Positions 43,978 through 53,680 of a DNA stretch of 64,000 nt are shown here, in pieces. Both the position numbers and the translations under genes were made by a program. Position 1 is the stretch's first letter, and each line of letters starts with the position of its first letter. The stretch comes from Ilumatobacteraceae bacterium. Its GTDB lineage: Bacteria > Actinomycetota > Acidimicrobiia > Acidimicrobiales > Ilumatobacteraceae. The stretch lies in contig CAWHJD010000014.1 of assembly GCA_963829585.1 (NCBI GenBank), positions 22,146-86,145 of the forward strand, written 5' to 3'. The notes under the pieces were generated by a model, which was not told the origin of the DNA, searched no databases, and worked only from the letters and a program-made list of their open reading frames with translations.

Positions 43978-45858
43978 GTGAGCGAAGCCAACCAACACTC
44001 GGGCCGGGTTGCGCTGCTGGCGTTCGGAACCCTCGGCATCGTGTTCGGCGACATCGGTACGAGCCCGATCTATGCCTTCCGCGAAGCGTTCCACCACACC
44101 GAGATCGAGGTGTCGGAGACCACCGCGTTCGGAGCCGCGTCGGTCGCGTTCTGGGCGCTCGTGATCGTCATCTGTCTCAAGTACCTCGCCACGGTCATGC
44201 GCGCCGACAACCACGGTGAGGGTGGCATCCTGGCGCTGACCTCGCTGGTCATCCCCCCGGAAGGCCAGGCGGTGTCACGCATCGCCGCCGGCGTGGTGAC
44301 GCTCGGGGTGTTCGGCACGGCCCTGCTGTACGGCGACGGGCTGATCACGCCGGCCATCTCCGTGCTCTCTGCCGTCGAGGGGTTCGAGGTGGCGACGCCC
44401 GCCTTCGAGCGGTGGGTGATCCCGATCGCCGTGGTCATCCTGGTGGCCCTGTTCGCCATCCAGCGACGGGGTACCGCAGGCATCGCCAAGGTGTTCGGCC
44501 CGATCATGGTGGTCTGGTTCGTCGTCCTCGGCGTGATGGGACTCAACCAGATCCGCCAACAGCCCGCGGTGCTGAGGGCGGTGTCGCCGACCTACGCGAT
44601 CGATCTGTTCGTCGAGCACCCGTGGAAGGCGTTCATCGCACTGGGGTCGATCTTCCTCGTCGTCACCGGTGGTGAGGCGTTGTACGCCGACATGGGCCAC
44701 TTCGGTCGGGTGCCGATCACGTGGGCGTGGTACGTCGTGGTGCTGCCGGGGCTGGTGCTCAACTACTTCGGGCAGGCGGCGCTGTTGTCCGAGCGGCCGT
44801 CGGAGGACATCGGGGATCTCTCACCGTTCTACGAGATGGCGCCGGAGTGGGCGATCGTGCCCCTTGCGGTCCTGGCCACGATGGCCACGGTGATCGCGTC
44901 GCAGGCGCTCATCTCCGGGGCGTTCTCGCTGACGGTCCAAGCGGTGCAGCTCGACTACTTCCCGCGTCTCGCGATCCTGCACACGTCGGAGCGCCACATC
45001 GGACAGGTGTACGTGCCACTGGTGAACTGGCTCCTGATGATCGGCTGTGTCGGGTTGGTCGTCGTCTTCCGATCGTCGACGGCACTGGCGTCGGCGTACG
45101 GCATCGCGGTGACCACGACGATGCTCATCACCACCCTGATCTTCTACCGGTTCGTGCGTGACAAGTGGCGCTGGTCGCTGCCCAAGGCACTTGTCGTGCT
45201 CATCCCCTTCCTGATCGTCGACGTCGCCTTCCTCGCCGCCAACGTGCCGAAGATCCCGCACGGCGGCTGGTTCCCGCTGCTCGTCGGATTCGGTCTCGTG
45301 ATCCAGATGACGACGTGGCGCAAGGGCCGCCAACTCGTCGCTGCGCGGATCCGTCGTGGCGAGCGGCCGATGGGCGAGGTCGTCGAGGAGGCCTTCGCCT
45401 CCAACGTGGTGCGCGTCGACGGGGTCGCCGTCTACATGTTCAAGGACGAGGGAGCTGCGCCTCCGGCACTGCTGTCGAATCTCCGCCACAACCACGTCCT
45501 GCACGACAAGGTCCTCCTCGTGTCCGTGCACACTGCCGACGTCCCGAACTGCGCCGACCATCGAGCGGTGGTCACCGATCTCGGCAACGGTGTGACGGTG
45601 GTCCGCCTGAACTACGGGTTCATGGAAGACCCTGACATCCCCGTGGCCCTGACCGAACTGCACCTCGACGGCGTCGACATGTCGGATGCCTCGTACTTCC
45701 TCGGACGCGAAACGGTCGCCTCGGGCAAGGTGCCGGGCATGCACTTCCTCCGCGAGCAGCTGTTCGTGCTGCTGAACCGCGGTGCCGCCAGCGCGAGCAG
45801 ATTCTTCAAGTTGCCGAACGAGCAGGTCTTCGAGGTCGGCACACACGTCGAGATCTGA
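43978..45858 (+). CDS. kup: KUP/HAK/KT potassium transporter
   Basis: Intact 626 aa. N-terminal signature LAFGTLGIVFGDIGTSPIYAFRE, about 12 TM segments, cytoplasmic C-terminal domain. Confidence 0.9.
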   Translation: MSEANQHSGRVALLAFGTLGIVFGDIGTSPIYAFREAFHHTEIEVSETTAFGAASVAFWALVIVICLKYLATVMRADNHGEGGILALTSLVIPPEGQAVSRIAAGVVTLGVFGTALLYGDGLITPAISVLSAVEGFEVATPAFERWVIPIAVVILVALFAIQRRGTAGIAKVFGPIMVVWFVVLGVMGLNQIRQQPAVLRAVSPTYAIDLFVEHPWKAFIALGSIFLVVTGGEALYADMGHFGRVPITWAWYVVVLPGLVLNYFGQAALLSERPSEDIGDLSPFYEMAPEWAIVPLAVLATMATVIASQALISGAFSLTVQAVQLDYFPRLAILHTSERHIGQVYVPLVNWLLMIGCVGLVVVFRSSTALASAYGIAVTTTMLITTLIFYRFVRDKWRWSLPKALVVLIPFLIVDVAFLAANVPKIPHGGWFPLLVGFGLVIQMTTWRKGRQLVAARIRRGERPMGEVVEEAFASNVVRVDGVAVYMFKDEGAAPPALLSNLRHNHVLHDKVLLVSVHTADVPNCADHRAVVTDLGNGVTVVRLNYGFMEDPDIPVALTELHLDGVDMSDASYFLGRETVASGKVPGMHFLREQLFVLLNRGAASASRFFKLPNEQVFEVGTHVEI

Positions 45859-45902
45859 CCGGGTTCACGACCCGCTCCGAGTGGGCTACGGTTTCGGGCC
45901 CG

Positions 45903-45948
45903 AGGCGCAACACGCCTCACCAGAGAGGCGCAACACGCCTCACCAGAG
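45903..45948 (+). repeat. perfect 23-bp x2 tandem direct repeat in the leader of the BNR-repeat gene
   Basis: AGGCGCAACACGCCTCACCAGAG occurs at 45903-45925 and again at 45926-45948. Each copy contains the inverted repeat AGGCG-CAACA-CGCCT. It ends 16 nt before ATG 45965. Confidence 0.9.
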
Positions 45949-45964
45949 GTCGGAGGACGAACCG

Positions 45965-47647
45965 ATGAGCCGTCGCACACGAGTCGGGACGGCACTGGCC
46001 GTCTCCCTGGTCGCACTCTCCGTCGCCGGGTCGGTCCTGGCACTCTCCGGTAGCGGGGAGAACCAGGCGAACAGCCCTCAGGTACAGGGGCAGCGGAAAT
46101 CCGATACGACGGCGGTCTTCCCGACCAACAAGCAGAACGAACCGTCGATCGCGCAGAACCCGATCCAACCCGACTTCCTCATCGCCGGATCGAACGACGA
46201 ACAGCGCCAACCGCCATGCGGGCCGGGGCCGGTCCGCGGCACGGACGTGCCGGCGTCCGACTGCAGCTTCTTTCCGGGTGTGGGAACGTCCGGCATCTAC
46301 ACCAGCAATGACCGCGGTGTCACGTGGGTCAATCGTGGTCTGCTCGACGACCAGACCAGTTGGAAGGGTGCCGGTGTCATCTCCGACGGTGATCCGGTCA
46401 TCGCCTACGGTCCCAAGCCCGACGGCAAGGGCGGCTTCACCTATGCCAACGGGGCTCGGGCGTACTACTCGAGCATCGCGACGGTGACCACGTCGAAGGG
46501 ATTCGAGTACGTCGTCGTGAGCTACTCCGACGACAACGGTCTCACCTGGTCGGCACCGGTGATCGGATCGTCGAAGACGGCCAGCGCCGACTTCAACGAC
46601 AAGAACTGGATCACCGTCGACGCCGCGCCCTCGAGCCCGAACTTCGGACGGGTCTACCTGTCGTGGACCGAGTTCCGCTCGGCGACGGCAACCGGCAACG
46701 GCAGCGAGCCGGTGATGGTGTCGGCCTCCGCCAACGGCGGAGCGAGCTTCGCGGCGCCGACACAGCTGTCGCCCGCCGGCAACAACGGCACGGGGAACGG
46801 TCGGCAGGGTTCCTCCGTCACGGTGGGTCCGGACGGCACCGTGTACGTCGCGTTCGAACAGGGCCCGAGCCAGGTCGTCACGTTGTCCACCGATGGCGGC
46901 AAGAGCTGGACCCGACCCGCCGTGATCGGAGCTGTCACCGACCTCGACGACCCGATCCCGGGATCGAACTTCCGCACCGACTCGTTCCCGACGATCTCGG
47001 CCGACCCCCGGGTCGGCAGCACCACGGTGTACGCATCGTGGGCGAACCGGACTGCTGCCGGGGGCCGCATCGTCGTGGCCACCTCGACCGACTCGGGCAA
47101 GACCTGGGGTGCGGCGGTCGAGGTCAGCGGCACCGAGGGCTACGCGTTCTTCCAGGGAATGGACGTCGCGCCGAACGGGCGGGTCGACATCGCCTACCAG
47201 TCGCAGACAGCGCTCGACCCGACGACGTTCGGCACCGGGAACGCGGCGATCAACACGTATGCCGTGTCGAAGCCGTCGCCGGGTGGCGGTTGGTCGACGC
47301 CCGTGAAGATCTCCGGACGCGCTTCGGACCCCGCTGCGAGCGCGCAGAACAACCTGCAACGGCAGTTCTGGGGTGACTACAACACGCTCGTGTCGGACAA
47401 CGCCGGCGGGTTGTTCATCTCGACCGACAGCCGCGCCGGCGTCGGCTGCCCCGCCGTCGATGCGTACCAGGAGTACCTGCGCGACAACGGCCTCGTGATC
47501 CGCGGCGACGGCGCCGACCGTCTCAGCTACAAGCTGACCGGCGTCAACCCCGCGCTCAGCGATCCGTCGGTGAAGCCGGCGCCACCGCTCGCGTGTCCCG
47601 CCTCGTTCGGCAACACCGACGTGTACGTCGCCCGCTTCACGCCCTGA
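45965..47647 (+). CDS. secreted BNR/Asp-box repeat protein (sialidase-superfamily beta-propeller)
   Basis: ATG 45965 (GGAGGA SD). Signal peptide MSRRTRVGTALAVSLVALSVAGS. Asp-boxes SNDRGVTW, SDDNGLTW, STDGGKSW, STDSGKTW. Intact, 560 aa. Confidence 0.8.
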   Translation: MSRRTRVGTALAVSLVALSVAGSVLALSGSGENQANSPQVQGQRKSDTTAVFPTNKQNEPSIAQNPIQPDFLIAGSNDEQRQPPCGPGPVRGTDVPASDCSFFPGVGTSGIYTSNDRGVTWVNRGLLDDQTSWKGAGVISDGDPVIAYGPKPDGKGGFTYANGARAYYSSIATVTTSKGFEYVVVSYSDDNGLTWSAPVIGSSKTASADFNDKNWITVDAAPSSPNFGRVYLSWTEFRSATATGNGSEPVMVSASANGGASFAAPTQLSPAGNNGTGNGRQGSSVTVGPDGTVYVAFEQGPSQVVTLSTDGGKSWTRPAVIGAVTDLDDPIPGSNFRTDSFPTISADPRVGSTTVYASWANRTAAGGRIVVATSTDSGKTWGAAVEVSGTEGYAFFQGMDVAPNGRVDIAYQSQTALDPTTFGTGNAAINTYAVSKPSPGGGWSTPVKISGRASDPAASAQNNLQRQFWGDYNTLVSDNAGGLFISTDSRAGVGCPAVDAYQEYLRDNGLVIRGDGADRLSYKLTGVNPALSDPSVKPAPPLACPASFGNTDVYVARFTP

Positions 47648-47724
47648 GTGCCGACGGCGCCGGAGCGGGAGCGGTGCGTTCGGCGGCAATGCGCCGACCT
47701 GCTCGAGGTGTGCGTCGTCACACG

Positions 47725-48357
47725 TCAATCAGCAAGGCGAAACTTCATCATGGCTTCGACGTCGTCGAGGACCTCGTCGAGGAGAATCAGTCGCCGCATC
47801 GGACCCTCGGCGCTGAGCAGGCGAAGCCGATCCGCGGGCCCGATCGGGGCGAGCGCTGCGAGGTGATAGGTCGCGACGACAGGATCGTCGTCGACTTCGT
47901 CGACTGCGGCGTCCCCATCCGGCTCACCACCGCCGAGTCGGGCCGCCAGCGATCGCACGGCGCGGACGCGGGCACGACTCGCTGCCACGCGCACCGGCAG
48001 GCCCTCGGCATCGGGGTCGACATCGGGCCACTCGTCGACGTCGGCGCGCGGATACGGATCATCGGGCAGCCAGGCGTTGACCCGGATGCGCCGGGTCCCG
48101 ACTGCGATCAGGGCGTACCGGTTCTCGTCGAGCGCATCGACCTGCACCATCCGGGCAACGGTGCCGACCATCGCTCGATCGTCCCCGCCGCCGGTTTCCC
48201 ACCCGTGCGTGATGAGTGTCTGGCCGAACTCGGGTTCGCCATCGGCACGCAGACAGTCGCGGACCATGTCGCGGTAGCGCGGTTCGAAGACGTGGAGCGG
48301 GAGCACGCCCCCGGGAAGCAGCACGGACCCGAGCGGGAACATCGGCATGACGGCCAC
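47725..48357 (-). CDS. LON N-terminal (substrate-binding, PUA-like) domain protein
   Basis: MPMFPLGSVLLPGGVLPLHVFEPRYRDMV... No ATPase or protease domain. Intact, about 207-210 aa. Confidence 0.75.
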   Translation of the reverse strand: MAVMPMFPLGSVLLPGGVLPLHVFEPRYRDMVRDCLRADGEPEFGQTLITHGWETGGGDDRAMVGTVARMVQVDALDENRYALIAVGTRRIRVNAWLPDDPYPRADVDEWPDVDPDAEGLPVRVAASRARVRAVRSLAARLGGGEPDGDAAVDEVDDDPVVATYHLAALAPIGPADRLRLLSAEGPMRRLILLDEVLDDVEAMMKFRLAD

Positions 48358-48395
48358 GGCGCGACGCTAGAGCAGCGGTGCAGCGAAGGCGATGT

Positions 48396-49901
48396 TCAGC
48401 GCGGACCCACGATTGCCGGATCGGGTCCGTTCGGGTACGCGGCGAGGCGTTCTCCGAACGCGCTCCAGTACGGGGCGAACCTGTCGGGCTCGGTGATGTC
48501 GGGGCCGTTGAGGATCATCACGTACTCGATCGTGCGGCCCTCGACCGTCTCCAGATAGCCGGCGAGCCCCTTCGCGGCGGGAGGGTCGAGGTCGGCGGGA
48601 GGATTGCCGAGCGTCCCGGTCTTCGCTGTCAGTCGACCCTCCAGCGGTGTTCCGACGAACTGATCGACGAGCGTGCCGGTGCGCCCGGCCACCGGCAGTC
48701 CAGCCGCGACGGGACCTCCCTCGACGCGCTGCAGCACGGCGAGCAAGGCCGCGCACGTGGCCCGGTTGTCGCTGCTCAGACCCGACGCGTCGACCAGACG
48801 GACGCCGTCCATGGGAACGTTCCAGCTCCGCAGGACACGGTCGACCACGGTGAGGCCTGCCGCCACCGTGCCCTCACCCATGTCGGCCACCCCCAGTTCC
48901 TTCAGGAGCATCTCCGCGGTGTCGTTGTCGCTCGTGGTCAGCATCTCGGCGAGCACCGCGGTCAGCGGCTGCGACGCGATCGCCGCCAGCACCGGCTGTG
49001 CCGGGTCGGCCGCTCCGGACCCGGCGCCTCCCGAGATCCGGACACCGCGAGCAGCGAGGAGTCGGGCGAACTCACGCGCCGCCGCATCACCGGGGTCGCG
49101 TTGGCGTCCGGAGCGGCCGAGGACCCTCCCGTCGTTGACGACGAGCGCATCGATCGGCCCGGCATCGACGTACGCGACGCCTGGACCCCACGACGGGATG
49201 ACGAATTCGTCGTCGTAGCGCCCACCGTCGCCGAGGATCGAACCCCTCACGGTCGTGACCCCTGCGGCCACCACGGCATCGGCGAGTTGGTCCAACGACG
49301 TCGTGTTGAACTCGGGGAAGGTGTCGTCTGCGATCGGGTAGTCGCCACTCACCAGCAGCGGGTCTCCGCCACCGACCAGGACGAGGTCGCCGTCGATCAC
49401 ACCGTCGACGGGCGGTGGAGCGGAGACCGAGGTGGTGAACACATGGTCCGGTCCGAGCACCTCGACGGCAGCGGCAGCGACGAGGAGCTTGTGGGTGCTG
49501 GCCGGGATGACGGCGACGTCGGCGTTGTGTGCGATGACCGGACGACCGTCGACGGTCACCGACAGGCACGAACGCTCGTCGATGAAGGAGGCAAGTTCAT
49601 TCATCGCTTCGGACAGCCGGACATCGTCGCCGACGGACGCCATCTCGTCCGGCATGCGGCGATAGCTCAACAGCTCGGTCGTGAGTTCGGGTGCGGCCGA
49701 CCCAGGCGGCGGTGCTGATGCGCCCGAGTCGTCCGATGTGGACGTGCGAGCGGCCTCGTGCTCGTCGGCCTGAGCGTCGCTCCACACCAGCAGTGCGCTG
49801 AGGGCTGCGACCGGAGCGAGCAGGAGCGCGATCAGCGCGACGAACGGCGTCACGCGGTACCGAACGGGACCCGTGACGATGTCGACACGTCTGTCGTTCA
49901 T
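48396..49901 (-). CDS. dacB: D-alanyl-D-alanine carboxypeptidase/endopeptidase (PBP4, S13 family), copy 1
   Basis: Intact 501 aa. N-terminal TM, active-site S-x-x-K in IPASTHKLLVAAAA, SDN (TTSDNDTAE), KTG (LTAKTGTLG). Confidence 0.85.
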   Translation of the reverse strand: MNDRRVDIVTGPVRYRVTPFVALIALLLAPVAALSALLVWSDAQADEHEAARTSTSDDSGASAPPPGSAAPELTTELLSYRRMPDEMASVGDDVRLSEAMNELASFIDERSCLSVTVDGRPVIAHNADVAVIPASTHKLLVAAAAVEVLGPDHVFTTSVSAPPPVDGVIDGDLVLVGGGDPLLVSGDYPIADDTFPEFNTTSLDQLADAVVAAGVTTVRGSILGDGGRYDDEFVIPSWGPGVAYVDAGPIDALVVNDGRVLGRSGRQRDPGDAAAREFARLLAARGVRISGGAGSGAADPAQPVLAAIASQPLTAVLAEMLTTSDNDTAEMLLKELGVADMGEGTVAAGLTVVDRVLRSWNVPMDGVRLVDASGLSSDNRATCAALLAVLQRVEGGPVAAGLPVAGRTGTLVDQFVGTPLEGRLTAKTGTLGNPPADLDPPAAKGLAGYLETVEGRTIEYVMILNGPDITEPDRFAPYWSAFGERLAAYPNGPDPAIVGPR

Positions 49902-51376
49902 CGTGGGCCGAGTTCCGCCGGAGTGGGTCCGGCCGGATAGGTGTCGAGTGTGTCGGCGAGTTGGTTCCAGATGGGCCGGTACTCGCTCTGGTCACTGATC
50001 GTCGGACCATTGAGGATGAGCACGTACTCGACCTCACCACCGCCCTCGATCGGCAGGTACCCGGACAGTGCCTTGACCGCGGGCGGATCGGTGTTGAACG
50101 GTGGATTGTTCAGCGTGCCGGTCTTGCCCGTCAACCGACCGGCCACCGGGTGGTCGACGAACACGTCGGAGAGCGTTCCCGTCTGGCCGGCGATGGGCAG
50201 GCCCAGTCCGATGGGCGAGTCGCTGTCGTATCGCTGCACCACCGATGCGAGTGCCGCGCAGGTGATCCGGTTGTCGAGACTCAACCCCGATCCGTCCGCC
50301 AGCACGATCGGTGTCACGTCGACACCCCAGTCGGCCAACTGTTGGCGGATGACGGCGAGTCCACCCTCTCGGGTTCCCGGTCCGACATCGGTGACACCGA
50401 GTTCCTTCACGACGAGCTCGGCCGTGTTGTTGTCGCTGTTCGCGAGCATCTCCGCCACCACCGACGTCAGCGGCGCGGAGCTGACCGATGCGACCTCGAC
50501 GGCGCCGTCGGGCGACGTACCCGAGGACGCCTCGCCGTCCACGGCGACGCCGCGCTCCTCGAGCAGTCTGATGAACTCCCTCGCTGCGGCCGTGTTGGGA
50601 TCGGCGGCGCGGAGCTCTTCACCGAGCACACGCGAGTCGTTGGCCATGAGCGCGTCGTACGGCCCGCCCTCCAGACCCTGGACGCCGACGCCCCACCCCG
50701 GAGCGAAGAACTCGTCGTCGTAACGGGATCCGTCTCCGACCACCCCGCCGGACACGCGGGTGACGCCGGCGGCAGCGACGCCGTCTGCGAGCGAATCGAG
50801 GGACGTCGGCGACGTGACCGCATACAGCTCGAGGTTCGATTCGACGTACCAGTCCGACGACAGCAGCGGGTCGCCGCCGCCCACGAGGTAGAGGTCGCCG
50901 GCGACGAGCCCCTGCACCGGTGGCGCTGCGGCCTCGACCGTGGTGGTGTAGGTGAAGTCGGGTCCGAGTCGTTCCAGCGCCGCAGCCGCCACCAACAACT
51001 TCTGATTGCTCGCGGGGATCACGGCGAGGTCGGCGTTGTGAGCCCCGACCTCCTCGCCGTCGACCGAGATCACCGAACACGAGCGGTCGTTGAGCGTGGC
51101 GAGGAACGGTGCGGCCTCAGCCGCGAACGCCGCGCCGTTCACGTCACGCGAGACCGTCGTCGCCATGCGACGGAACGTCATCAGGCCGGTCGAGAGCGCC
51201 GGAGTCGGCGTGGGGACGGTTGCGGTCGGATCGACCGGCGGAGCTGCGGTGCCGGCCTCGGTCCGGTCGGACGACCATCGGTACACGGCGAGGAGGACCA
51301 GTGCGGGAACGAGCGCGACGATCCCGAGGACGATCCACGGGCCGGGGCCACGTCGACGACCGCGCGACCGTGTCAC
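49898..51376 (-). CDS. dacB: D-alanyl-D-alanine carboxypeptidase/endopeptidase (PBP4, S13 family), copy 2
   Basis: Intact 492 aa, colinear paralogue of copy 1 (IPASNQKLLVAAAA, ANSDNNTAE, LTGKTGTLN). 4-nt overlaps with both neighbours. Confidence 0.85.
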   Translation of the reverse strand: MTRSRGRRRGPGPWIVLGIVALVPALVLLAVYRWSSDRTEAGTAAPPVDPTATVPTPTPALSTGLMTFRRMATTVSRDVNGAAFAAEAAPFLATLNDRSCSVISVDGEEVGAHNADLAVIPASNQKLLVAAAALERLGPDFTYTTTVEAAAPPVQGLVAGDLYLVGGGDPLLSSDWYVESNLELYAVTSPTSLDSLADGVAAAGVTRVSGGVVGDGSRYDDEFFAPGWGVGVQGLEGGPYDALMANDSRVLGEELRAADPNTAAAREFIRLLEERGVAVDGEASSGTSPDGAVEVASVSSAPLTSVVAEMLANSDNNTAELVVKELGVTDVGPGTREGGLAVIRQQLADWGVDVTPIVLADGSGLSLDNRITCAALASVVQRYDSDSPIGLGLPIAGQTGTLSDVFVDHPVAGRLTGKTGTLNNPPFNTDPPAVKALSGYLPIEGGGEVEYVLILNGPTISDQSEYRPIWNQLADTLDTYPAGPTPAELGPR

Positions 51377-53559
51377 CCGCCGCGCGCCTCACGATGTCTG
51401 GCGCGACGCACGAGATGCCCGAGGGCCGTCACGGCATCGCCCCCGCTCGCATAGCAGAGTCGGCCGAGTCGACGAACCGTCGCCGGCCCGGCATTGGCAG
51501 GGTCGGCCACGGCCAACTCGGTGGCGACGAGAATCGGCTTGCCGGTTCTGACGCTCAGTTCGTGGGCGGCCTCGGCGAAGCGTTCGTCTTGGCGCTCGTG
51601 GTAGGCGACGATTCGTTCCAGGCCGTGGTCGGGGTAGAAGCGGCCTTCGCGCATCATCCTCGCCTGGTTGCTCTGGATGCCGAGCCCGAGGTAGATCATC
51701 GCGTCCACCTCGGGGTGGGTGGCGATGAGTTCCATCACCTCGGGAATCGTGTCCCGCGTCTCGCCGCCGGCGCAGTCGACGGGGTTGTTGCGACTCCACC
51801 GCGGTGGCAGCTTCTCGTCGATGGCCGCCTGGAGATCGGCGGGCAACTGCATCAGCACGATGTCGGCGTCACGGGTGATCGCGTCGGCGGTGACCACACC
51901 CCAGCCACCCGCGGTCGTCAGCACGATCGTGTTCGGCCCCTTCGGAAGCGGCTGCGTCGCGAACGTGGCTGCCGCCTCGAACGCCTCGGTGACCGTGGCT
52001 GCACGCGTGATGCCGGCCGCGCGGCACTCGCCGTCGAAGATCTTGTCGTTCGCTGCCAACGCGCCGGTGTGGCTCGCCGCTGCCTGCGCACCGCCCTCGG
52101 TGGCGCCACCCTTGACGAGGACGAGCGGCTTGCGGGCCGCGGCATCGGCGAGTCGATCCATCAGGCCGCGACCATCGACGATGCCCTCCACGTACGCCAG
52201 CCCCACCGAGGTTGCATCATCGTCGGCGTACCAGTCGAGGTAGTCCGCCACCGTGACCGCGGCGGCATTGCCGGCCGACACAGCGCGGCTGACACCGACG
52301 CCGGTGGACCTGGCGAGGTTCATGAAGCTGGAGACGAAGTTCCCGCTCTGGCTGGCAACGCCGATGCGACCTGCAGGCGGGTACGGCGCCACGATCTGCG
52401 CGCAGAGGTTGACCGGGGTGCTGACGACGCCTTGCCCGTTGGGGCCGGCGAGCAGGATTCCGAGTTCGTCGGCGAGGGCGACGAGTTCGGCCTCGGCGAC
52501 GCGACCCTCGTCGCCCGCTTCGCCGTAGCCGGCAGACGTCAGGAACGCCGCGGTGATTCCCTTGGCGGCACAGGCGCGCAGCAGATCGGGGTTCGCCGCG
52601 GCAGGTGTGCAGACGAAGACGAGGTCGATCGCATCGTCGGGGAGATCGGCGATGTCCGCGACGGTCTTGATGCCCAAGACCTCCTCCCCTTTCAGGTTGG
52701 TGCCGTACACGCCACCCGCGTACCCGGCGGCCAGGAGATTGTGCAGCGACACGAACCCGAACTTTCCGGGGTGCGTCGACGCGCCGGTGACGAGGACGCC
52801 GCGGGGGTCGAAGAGCGCTCGGAACTGCTCGGCGGTGGGGCGCGGTCGGCTGGTCGGGCGCGGGGCATCGGAGTCCGCCCCCAACTCGACGAGGCCGTCG
52901 ACGGCCACGAGACGACCGTCCGGCTGCACGATCAGGGGGTTGATGTCGACACTGGCGACGTCGCTTCGCTCGGCGCCCAGCCGGCCGAGGCCGACCAGGA
53001 TCTCCGCGAGCTGGGTCCGATCGACCGCACCTTCTCCGCGGAACGGTCCGAGCAGCTTCTGGGTGGCGAGATCATCGATCATCTCTGCCGCTGTGACCGG
53101 GTCCAACGGGGCAGGTCGGAAGACCACGTCGGCGATCGCCTCGGCGAGGATGCCTCCGACGCCGAGCATCACGGTGGGTCCGAACTGCGCATCGCGAACG
53201 ATCCCTGCGATGAGTTCGCGGTTCCCCGAGATCATGGGAGCGACGAGGACGGACACGGCGCCGTCATCCGGCGTCGCAGCGGCGAGCAGTTCACCGGCAG
53301 CTGTTTCGACGGCGGTTCGATCGGCCAGTCGGAGCCTGACGAGACCGCGTTCGGTCTTGTGGGCGATCGCGTCGCCGTTCAGTTTGGCAACGACCGGGTA
53401 CCCGAGTTCGTCGGCAGCGTCGCCCGCAGCAGCCGGGTCGGCGACCAGTCGTTCCGGGGCGATCGGCACTCCGAATTCGGCCAGCAGTGTCTTCGAGTCG
53501 CGCTCCGACAGGGTCGTGTGCGCGCTGCTTCCGGTTGTGGTCACGTCTGGGGTCGCCAT
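51373..53559 (-). CDS. ADP-forming acetyl/acyl-CoA synthetase family protein (ATP-grasp + CoA-binding/ligase domains)
   Basis: Intact 728 aa. N-terminal ATP-grasp (LSERDSKTLLAEFGVPIAPE...YPVVAKL), then a CoA-binding/succinyl-CoA-synthetase-like part (VLVTGASTHPGKFG..., SQSGN). Confidence 0.7.
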   Translation of the reverse strand: MATPDVTTTGSSAHTTLSERDSKTLLAEFGVPIAPERLVADPAAAGDAADELGYPVVAKLNGDAIAHKTERGLVRLRLADRTAVETAAGELLAAATPDDGAVSVLVAPMISGNRELIAGIVRDAQFGPTVMLGVGGILAEAIADVVFRPAPLDPVTAAEMIDDLATQKLLGPFRGEGAVDRTQLAEILVGLGRLGAERSDVASVDINPLIVQPDGRLVAVDGLVELGADSDAPRPTSRPRPTAEQFRALFDPRGVLVTGASTHPGKFGFVSLHNLLAAGYAGGVYGTNLKGEEVLGIKTVADIADLPDDAIDLVFVCTPAAANPDLLRACAAKGITAAFLTSAGYGEAGDEGRVAEAELVALADELGILLAGPNGQGVVSTPVNLCAQIVAPYPPAGRIGVASQSGNFVSSFMNLARSTGVGVSRAVSAGNAAAVTVADYLDWYADDDATSVGLAYVEGIVDGRGLMDRLADAAARKPLVLVKGGATEGGAQAAASHTGALAANDKIFDGECRAAGITRAATVTEAFEAAATFATQPLPKGPNTIVLTTAGGWGVVTADAITRDADIVLMQLPADLQAAIDEKLPPRWSRNNPVDCAGGETRDTIPEVMELIATHPEVDAMIYLGLGIQSNQARMMREGRFYPDHGLERIVAYHERQDERFAEAAHELSVRTGKPILVATELAVADPANAGPATVRRLGRLCYASGGDAVTALGHLVRRARHREARGG

Positions 53560-53680
53560 GAGGCTCCCACCGTACCGTCACGGCCTCCCCCGAGCAGGGC
53601 AGGGTAGGCCTCCCGATTGCTCGGGGAGCGGACCTTCGCCTCTCACGACGCGATCACGAGACACGTATCGTCGATAGACG

